DNA of 64,000 nucleotides from Thermostichus sp. DRC_bins_24. GTDB taxonomy: Bacteria; Cyanobacteriota; Cyanobacteriia; Thermostichales; Thermostichaceae. Where the stretch lies: positions 1-64,000 of the forward strand of contig JAUQVK010000077.1 in assembly GCA_039794845.1 (NCBI GenBank), read 5' to 3'. Positions 56,668 to 64,000 of this stretch are shown here, one piece after another (within the stretch, counting starts at the first letter, position 1; the number at the start of each line of letters is the position of its first letter). Under the pieces are notes generated by a model. It ran no database searches and was not told where the DNA came from. It saw nothing but the letters and a program-made list of their open reading frames with translations. The position numbers and the translations under genes were made by a program.

Positions 56668-58443
56668 TTATCGGTTGGGCTCCGCCAAATTGCGAAATTG
56701 GGTGTATTGGTTTTCAAACAGCAGCCGCACGGTACCGGTGGGGCCATTGCGGTGTTTGGCCACGATTACCTCAGCAATGCCGCGATCATGGGTGTTGGGG
56801 TCGTAGTATTCCGGGCGATAGAGCATCATCACCAGGTCGGCATCCTGCTCAATGCTGTTGTGAACCAGCAGGCCATTGGCGACAAAGTTGTGGTGGCGGG
56901 GCATTTCGATGTCGTAAACCGGCTGTGGATCCCCCAGGTCGCTGATGGAAACCACCGGATCCCAAACCAGCTCCTCCTGCAGCACCACCGCCACCTCTTC
57001 CTCCAGTTGCAGATCGTCGAGGGTTTTCCAGCCCTGCTGTGTAAGAAAGGGATGATTGCCTGTAGCCTGGATGGTGAGATTAAGGCGGGTTTTCAAGGTA
57101 CAGGTGGGTTGCTCGCCGCTGCAGAACACTTTCACGGGCTTTTGGGGTACCAGGCGTCCCCGCCCATTCATGCTGAGCAGACGGGGTAGCTCTTCTGCCT
57201 CCGGCAGAGCCGCCAGCTGATCAAGCCGCCAGATTTTGCCCCGATCCACATCCAGCACCTGGGTCTCTCCAGCCAAACAACCCGATTCCCGCAGATCCGC
57301 CAGCTGTGGTCGTTTGTCGGCGCGAGACTCCACCGCCCGACTGAGTTGGGAAAGCACCACCACCGGCACCATCAGCTCTTTGGCCAAAGCCTTTAGCCCG
57401 CGGGTAATGCGCGACAGCTCCTGCACCCGGTTGTCGGAGCCGGATCCCTGCATCAGTTGCAAATAGTCGATCAATACCATTCCCAGGCTTCCCCCCTGCT
57501 CCGCTTGCAGGCGACGGGCTTTGGAACGAATTTCCGTAACGGTGCAATCGGGGGTGTCGTCGATGAAAAGGGGCAGCTGCGACAAAAAACCGATTGCCTG
57601 TCCCAGTCGTTGCCACTCGTTTTCGCTAATGCGCCCAGACCGTAGGCGGCTGCTGTCGATGCGGGCTTCACTGGCCAAAAGACGCTGCACCAGTTGTTCC
57701 CGCGACATCTCCAAACTGAAGACGGCCACCGGCTGCTTGGAATAAGCGGCCACATTTTGGGCAACGTTGAGGGCAAGGCTGGTTTTGCCCATCGAGGGGC
57801 GCCCCGCCAAGATGAGAAGATCGGATCGTTGTAGGCCCTGGGTGAGGTTGTCGAGGTCGATGAACTTGGTCGGGATCCCGGGGATCTGCGCCCCGCTTTG
57901 GAACTTCTCTTCCAAGTCCGAGAAGATATTGACCAAGACCTCGGAGGCGGGGATGAGACTGCGCTGCACCCGCTCTTGGGTAAGGCCAAACACCTGCTGC
58001 TCAGCTTGATCCATCACCTGGGACAAAGGTTGGCTGGTGTCGTAGGCCAAACGAGCCAGGGTATTGCTCACCTGGATCAACTGGCGGCGCATGTATTTGT
58101 CCAGCACCAGACGGGCGTACTGGTCGATGTTGATGCTGCTGACGGTTTGCTCCAGCAGGCGGCGGAGGGCTCCCGTTCCCCCCACCCGCTCGAGGAGGTG
58201 GTGATCCGCCAACCAGGCGGAGACGGTCATCAGGTCGGTGGGTTGACCTTGGCCGTGCAGTTGTAGGGCAGCGCGATAAATCTCCTGGTGGGCAGAAGTG
58301 TAGAACATTTCCGGTCGCAGCAGCTCTGCAACCCGGACCAGTGCATCTGGATCGAGGAGGATTCCGCCCAGGATCTCCTCCTCGGCCTCCACATTCTGGG
58401 GAGGCAGTCGATCCCCCCCGGTTAGGTCGTAATCGTTGATCAC
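56668..58443 (-). CDS. dnaB: Replicative DNA helicase DnaB, containing an intein
   Basis: PPQNVEAE, GRPSMGKT, FSLEM, IDYLQL and LRESG|intein|SIEQDAD motifs. Confidence 0.97.
   Translation of the reverse strand: MINDYDLTGGDRLPPQNVEAEEEILGGILLDPDALVRVAELLRPEMFYTSAHQEIYRAALQLHGQGQPTDLMTVSAWLADHHLLERVGGTGALRRLLEQTVSSINIDQYARLVLDKYMRRQLIQVSNTLARLAYDTSQPLSQVMDQAEQQVFGLTQERVQRSLIPASEVLVNIFSDLEEKFQSGAQIPGIPTKFIDLDNLTQGLQRSDLLILAGRPSMGKTSLALNVAQNVAAYSKQPVAVFSLEMSREQLVQRLLASEARIDSSRLRSGRISENEWQRLGQAIGFLSQLPLFIDDTPDCTVTEIRSKARRLQAEQGGSLGMVLIDYLQLMQGSGSDNRVQELSRITRGLKALAKELMVPVVVLSQLSRAVESRADKRPQLADLRESGCLAGETQVLDVDRGKIWRLDQLAALPEAEELPRLLSMNGRGRLVPQKPVKVFCSGEQPTCTLKTRLNLTIQATGNHPFLTQQGWKTLDDLQLEEEVAVVLQEELVWDPVVSISDLGDPQPVYDIEMPRHHNFVANGLLVHNSIEQDADLVMMLYRPEYYDPNTHDRGIAEVIVAKHRNGPTGTVRLLFENQYTQFRNLAEPNR
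56857..57279 (-). mobile_element. DnaB mini-intein (141 aa, no homing endonuclease)
   Basis: Block A CLAGET, block B TGNHPF, block F VYDIEM, block G NFVANGLLVHN followed by Ser. Confidence 0.93.
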
Positions 58444-58663
58444 CGCAAGCCAGGATAGAAGAAGGAACCCAGCCACAGGCCAACCCTGCCCCGCATGACC
58501 CGGAGGACCGTCGTGTTGTACACACGACTTGAAGGATGGCGCACAGCCTATCGGCCGAGCCTCTCAGCTCAGCGGGTAGGGCCCTAGGCTGAGCATACCC
58601 ACTTGTTCCCTGAGACGGAAACCGTACCCACCGCAAGCCTGGAATCCCCTGGTAGCAGAAGAC

Positions 58664-59128
58664 TCAATCGGGAGTGACCTGAATGCGCAGGGTGGCGGTG
58701 ACTTCCGGGTGGAGCTTCACCTGCACCGGGTAAACTCCCGTTTTTCTGATCTCTTCTGGGAGAAAGATGTTGCGGCGATCGATATCCAGCCCGCTGGTGG
58801 CCAAGACCACTTCGGCAATGTCGCTGCTGGTTACCTGCCCAAACAGCAGATCGTTTTCCCCCACCTTTTGACGAATCACGAAGCGGCCGATGGTTTCCAG
58901 GGCGGTTTTGTAGCTTTCTGCCTGCTGCTTTTCCGCCAGTTTGCGGGCGGCTTCTTGATCGAGGCGCATCTGGTGCTCTTTCAACAGGCCGGGGGTCACC
59001 CGTACCGCCATCTGCCGGGGGAAAAGATAGTTGCGGGCGTAACCAGGTTTGACGTTCACCAGCTCGCCGGGCTTGCCCAGTCCGGGGATTGGCTGCCGCA
59101 GGACAACCTGCACATCACGTTTCGACAT
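58664..59128 (-). CDS. rplI: 50S ribosomal protein L9
   Basis: GLGKPGELVNVKPGYARNYLFP and LFGQVT motifs. Confidence 0.96.
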   Translation of the reverse strand: MSKRDVQVVLRQPIPGLGKPGELVNVKPGYARNYLFPRQMAVRVTPGLLKEHQMRLDQEAARKLAEKQQAESYKTALETIGRFVIRQKVGENDLLFGQVTSSDIAEVVLATSGLDIDRRNIFLPEEIRKTGVYPVQVKLHPEVTATLRIQVTPD

Positions 59129-59457
59129 GGGGGAAGGCGCTTATTTTCTCGACAGCCTTCCATTGTAGAGGTCTTGTGGGTGTGTCGTCAGCCCAGAATC
59201 CTGACAAAGAGCGGCTCGGCACCTCAGCCATCTGGTTGTAAGGGATCCCCCTGGATCCCTTCCCAGCAAAATAGGTCATTTTGGGGCTACCCCGCCCTCA
59301 AGGTTCTAAACTCCAGCAACAGCTTAACAAGCCCATTTTTTTCTAGATAAAAATACGGAAGTAGGATGTTTCCCAATATATTCTTGGCCAAAAATAGACA
59401 GTTTTGCCCTCAAAGGGATCCCTGAAAAACCTGCGACATTTGGCGGATTTTCCCGGT

Positions 59458-59487
59458 CATAACCTAGATTTAATGTTACCTTAACCA
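59458..59487 (+). promoter_or_regulatory. Cyanobacterial Pho box (SphR/PhoB site)
   Basis: CATAACCT, TTTAATGT and CTTAACCA start at 59458, 59469 and 59480 (11-bp period) upstream of pstS, fitting the PyTTAAPyPy(T/A) consensus. Confidence 0.7.
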
Positions 59488-59738
59488 AGCATGGCCAGCC
59501 TTACGTTACATTAACGACGTGGGCAAGGTTGAACGATCAAGACTTAAGGGTTTCCGCATCGTCGATAGCTCTAATGGGTAGGGCTTTTCCTGTCGGTGTT
59601 GGGTGGACTGAGGTGAGCTTGAGTCCCATGGGTTTCAGATTATTGGGGTTGTTGCAAGAGAAATTATTTAAGTTGCTGTTATCGCTTGATTTCTATTCCT
59701 GAGATCAGACTCAGACTTGTTTTTTGTCGGAGGTTTCT

Positions 59739-60815
59739 ATGGTACTGGCATACTCCTTGAACCGTCGTTCTTTTCTGAAGTCTTTGTCTGCAACTGCTGC
59801 TGGCTTTGTCGCTAGTCAGGCCGATTGGCATCAAGTCTTTGCCCAGCAGGTCGTCAACTTAAATGGTGCTGGAGCGACTTTCCCAGCCCCAATTTATCAA
59901 ACTTGGGCACAAGAGTTTGGCAAACTCAATCCCAATATTCAGGTGAACTACCAATCGGTGGGAAGTGGTGCTGGTCGGCGGCAGTTTGTTGCTCGTACGG
60001 TAGATTTTGGTGCCAGCGATAGCGTGCCCCGTCCTGAGGAAATTGCTCAAGTCGAAGGTGAGGCACAACCTCCCAAAGGCATGGTTTCCATTCCGATGGT
60101 GGCAGGAGCGTTGGTAGCTGCCTACAACATTCCCGGTGTGAATTCAGAAATTCGCCTTTCTCGGCAGGTGCTGGCCAACATCTTCTTGGGCAAGCTAAAT
60201 CGTTGGAATGATCCCTTAATTACAGCCTTGAATCCGCGTGTGACTTTCCCCAATTTGCCGATTACCGTCGTACACCGTTCCGACGGCAGTGGTACCACCG
60301 AGATCTTTACCAACCATCTCAACGCCATCAGCACCGAATGGCAACAACGGGTGGGGCGTGGCTCTTCCGTCAACTGGCCAACTGGGGTTGGAGCCCGTGG
60401 CAACGAGGGAGTCTCTGAACAAATCAAGCAAATTCCTGGTTCCATTGGCTATGTGGAATTTGGCTTTGCCAAGCTCAACAATCTGGCTGTGGCCCGACTG
60501 GAAAACCGTGCTGGTAAGTTCGTCACTCCAACGGTGGAATCGGAACAGGCGGGACTCTCTCAAATTCAACTAAATGAACGCTTGCTGGGGATTGATCCGG
60601 ATCCGATTGGAGAGGAGTCTTATCCGATTGTGGGCTATACCTGGATTTTGGCCTATAAAACCTATGCCAATGCCCAAACTTCCCAAGCGCTGAAAGAGTT
60701 TCTTCGCTACGCTCTTTCAGATGGTCAGGCTTTTGCTGAGCCCCTGGGCTACGTGCCTTTGCCGGCAGAGGTGCTGCAGAAATCTTTGGCTGCTGTCGAG
60801 ACGATAACGCCTTGA
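59739..60815 (+). CDS. pstS: Phosphate ABC substrate-binding protein PstS
   Basis: GAGATFP, YQSVGSGAG, DFGASD and HRSDGSGTT motifs; GGAGG RBS. Confidence 0.95.
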   Translation: MVLAYSLNRRSFLKSLSATAAGFVASQADWHQVFAQQVVNLNGAGATFPAPIYQTWAQEFGKLNPNIQVNYQSVGSGAGRRQFVARTVDFGASDSVPRPEEIAQVEGEAQPPKGMVSIPMVAGALVAAYNIPGVNSEIRLSRQVLANIFLGKLNRWNDPLITALNPRVTFPNLPITVVHRSDGSGTTEIFTNHLNAISTEWQQRVGRGSSVNWPTGVGARGNEGVSEQIKQIPGSIGYVEFGFAKLNNLAVARLENRAGKFVTPTVESEQAGLSQIQLNERLLGIDPDPIGEESYPIVGYTWILAYKTYANAQTSQALKEFLRYALSDGQAFAEPLGYVPLPAEVLQKSLAAVETITP

Positions 60816-60818
60816 GTT

Positions 60819-60840
60819 TGCCCCAGAATGGGGGCACTTT
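60819..60840 (+). terminator. Hairpin between pstS and pstC (attenuator or mRNA stabiliser)
   Basis: TGCCCC-agaatg-GGGGCA followed by CTTTT. Confidence 0.5.
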
Positions 60841-60904
60841 TACCTTCAACTGAGTCTGTTGTCTACGGTGTTGTTCAACTGGTTTTTCAGGGATCCCTTG
60901 GGTT

Positions 60905-61873
60905 ATGACCGCCACTGCTTCTGATGCCCATCCAGTTTTCCGCCCTAGAGCGGTTTTTCAACGGCGACGGGATCAGATCTTTGTTTGGGCGACTCGCATT
61001 GCGGTTTTCTTCTCCGCGTTCTTGTTGTTGTGGATCGCCGTTGAGATCGCCCGCCAAGCTCTACCCGCCATTGGGAAGTTTGGCCTCGGGTTCCTCTGGA
61101 ATACCACCTGGGATCCGGTGGAAGACAACTATGGCGCTTGGCCGCAGATTTACGGAACTTTGGTGAGCTCCTTGATTGCCCTAATTGTAGGGATCCCGTT
61201 TAGCTTCGGCATTGCAATCTTCTTGAGTGAAGATTTCTTGCCCAAGCCCCTGCGTCTGACGTTGATCATCGTGGTGGAGTTGCTGGCGGCCATCCCCAGT
61301 GTGGTTTTTGGCATTTGGGGCCTGTTTGTGTTTATTCCCTTCTTCCGTCCCGTTCAAATGGTGTTGTTTGAGCGGTTGAACTGGATCCCGATCTTCAGCA
61401 CACCACCGATTGGCCCCGGCATGCTCACGGCAGGGGTTGTGCTGGGGATCATGATCATCCCGATCATCACGGCGATTGCGCGGGAAGTGTTGACAGCGGT
61501 GCCTCCGGAACTGCGGGCGGCGGCCTATTCCATGGGGGCAACCCGTTGGGAAGCAATTTTTGGAGTGGTTTTGCCGGCAGCGATTGGGGGCATGTTGGGG
61601 GCGGTGGTGTTGGGTTTGGGGCGCGCCATGGGAGAAACGATGGCAGTGGCGATGCTGATCGGCAACTCCCGCAACATCAGCATTTCCATCCTGGCTCCGG
61701 CCAGCAATATCCCGGCTCTGTTGGCCAATGAGTTTGGCGAGGCCAGTGATCAGCAGATTTCGGCTTTGATGTACGCTGCCCTGATTTTGTTGTTGGTGAC
61801 GCTGCTGGTGAACGTTGTTGCCGAGTGGTTGGTGCGCCGTGTCAAGTTTGCGCTAACGGCTTCTCAAGGGTGA
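60905..61873 (+). CDS. pstC: Phosphate ABC permease PstC
   Basis: ELLAAIPSVVFG and LGRAMGETMA motifs. Confidence 0.95.
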   Translation: MTATASDAHPVFRPRAVFQRRRDQIFVWATRIAVFFSAFLLLWIAVEIARQALPAIGKFGLGFLWNTTWDPVEDNYGAWPQIYGTLVSSLIALIVGIPFSFGIAIFLSEDFLPKPLRLTLIIVVELLAAIPSVVFGIWGLFVFIPFFRPVQMVLFERLNWIPIFSTPPIGPGMLTAGVVLGIMIIPIITAIAREVLTAVPPELRAAAYSMGATRWEAIFGVVLPAAIGGMLGAVVLGLGRAMGETMAVAMLIGNSRNISISILAPASNIPALLANEFGEASDQQISALMYAALILLLVTLLVNVVAEWLVRRVKFALTASQG

Positions 61874-61879
61874 GGGAAC

Positions 61880-62770
61880 ATGGCAACTCAAGTGGCGGGC
61901 AAAACCAATCTGTTCAGGCGCAAGGCGCGTTCTCGGCGGGCAGCATTCGACTGGGGCATGACCGCTCTCACTTGTGTTTCCAGCATCTTCGCCATTTTTG
62001 TCCTGGGGTTGATTCTCTATTACGTCTTTATCAACGGGATTGAGCGCTTCAACTGGCAAAGCCTGACCCAATTGCCGCCGCCACCGGGAGATCAGGTGGG
62101 AGGGTTCGGCAATGCGGTGTTGGGCACCATCCTCGTGGTCTCGATCGCCATTACCATCTCTTTTCCGATCGGGCTGCTGGCCGCCATCTACCTTTCGGAG
62201 TTCGGCCAGAATAGCCCTACCGCCTCAGCTTTGCGCTTCATCATCAAGGTGTTGACGGGGGTGCCTTCCATCATCGCTGGGGTATTTGCCTACGGCGTGC
62301 TGGTGCTGACCACCAAGACCTTCTCTGCCCTCTCGGGGGGGGTAGCTCTGTCAGTGCTGACCCTGCCGATCATCATTCTCTCCAGCGAAGAAGCTCTGCG
62401 CTTGGTGCCTCAAGAGGTGCGGGATGCTGCCTACGCCTTGGGGGCTTCGAAGGTGCAGACGGTATTTCGCGTGGTTCTGCCGGCGGCGCTGCCGGTGATT
62501 TTGACGGGGGTCACTTTGGCCATTTCCCGAGCGGCTGGAGAAACGGCACCGCTGATTTTTACCGCCCTGTTCAGTTTTCTGTGGCCGAGTGGCATGCTCA
62601 GGCCGGTGGCCTCTTTGGCGGTGCTGATCTACAACTTCGCCATTGTGCCCTTCGAGAACCAGCAGAAGATTGCCTGGGGAGGGGCCTTGGCTTTGGTGGT
62701 TTTGGTGTTGATCACCACCGTGACCTTCCGCTTGCTGATCAGCCGGCGGGAAGAAAACATCACCATCTAA
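61880..62770 (+). CDS. pstA: Phosphate ABC permease PstA
   Basis: LTGVPSIIAG and SRAAGETAPL motifs. Confidence 0.95.
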   Translation: MATQVAGKTNLFRRKARSRRAAFDWGMTALTCVSSIFAIFVLGLILYYVFINGIERFNWQSLTQLPPPPGDQVGGFGNAVLGTILVVSIAITISFPIGLLAAIYLSEFGQNSPTASALRFIIKVLTGVPSIIAGVFAYGVLVLTTKTFSALSGGVALSVLTLPIIILSSEEALRLVPQEVRDAAYALGASKVQTVFRVVLPAALPVILTGVTLAISRAAGETAPLIFTALFSFLWPSGMLRPVASLAVLIYNFAIVPFENQQKIAWGGALALVVLVLITTVTFRLLISRREENITI

Positions 62771-62839
62771 AGGGGATCCCATCCCGTTCAGAGGCTTGTT
62801 GCTTTTGTCCTTCTACTGCGTTCTTTGCCGGTGCTGATT

Positions 62840-63667
<828 letters not shown>

Positions 63668-63747
63668 CCTGCTGACTGGGTTCGTTACCATAGAGCTTGT
63701 GGGTTTTCCTCGCCTTGGGATCCCGTCGGTGGTGCGGCATAGGCAAG

Positions 63748-64000
63748 ATGGCAAATCGGGTGCGCTTGGATAGCTGGCTGGTGGAGCGGGGATACTTTGC
63801 GTCCCGGCAGCAGGCGCAGCGTTCCATTTTGGCCGGGGAAGTTTTTTTGGATGGGATGCGGGCGGAAAAAACCGGCACTTGGGTGAGTGGGGATCCGACG
63901 GTGCAGATCCAGTCCAAACCGGCCTTTGTCTCGCGGGGGGGAGAAAAACTGCGGGGGGCGCTGGCAACCTTTCCGGTGCAGGTGCAGGGTCGCATTTGTT
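63748..64000 (+). CDS. tlyA: TlyA family rRNA methyltransferase, 5' part (runs off the window)
   Basis: My translation gives MANRVRLDSWLVERGYFASRQQAQRSILAGEV...FVSRGGEKL, the S4 domain plus TlyA signature. Confidence 0.9.
   Translation, partial: MANRVRLDSWLVERGYFASRQQAQRSILAGEVFLDGMRAEKTGTWVSGDPTVQIQSKPAFVSRGGEKLRGALATFPVQVQGRIC

Noticed and set aside
58560..58640. GCTCAGCGGGTAGGGC resembling a tRNA D-arm
   Set aside because: No T-loop (TTCGA) or acceptor stem; it is only a GCTCAGC/GCTGAGC hairpin between rplI and dnaB.

Overview
A 64 kb chromosomal window from a thermophilic unicellular cyanobacterium, most likely Thermostichus / Yellowstone-type Synechococcus. This is inferred from the very frequent GGGATCCC octamer (a HIP1 variant), plastocyanin, the cyanobacterial DnaB intein site and a pentapeptide-repeat gene. 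Most of the window is shuffled housekeeping genes: surE, hisH, hemW, yajQ, mrdA, HU, cobD, recN, era, petE, recA, lgt, tsaE, hpf, ureF, an nhaP-type antiporter, mlaD/mlaF-like genes, larB/cpmA, dnaB, rplI, pstSCAB and a partial tlyA. Nutrient-scavenging genes are mixed in: tandem Tat-exported NMT1/THI5-like binding proteins, a BMP nucleoside ABC transporter, an orphan XDH FAD subunit, a Rieske oxygenase and a PhnX-like HAD hydrolase. I found no rRNA, tRNA or CRISPR array and no clearly new multi-gene system. The unexplained structure lies in the intergenic DNA: two decayed copies of one IS200/IS605 tnpB element, a ~119 bp non-autonomous IS200/IS605 mini-element with intact-looking ends, two TA-flanked MITE families (one apparently fused to the other and supplying a kinase C-terminus), duplicated NtcA-box promoters, a Pho box and many short tandem duplications. 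dnaB carries a 141-aa mini-intein. Start codons were re-chosen by eye where the ORF track over-extends. All product calls come from recognising sequence motifs, not from database searches.
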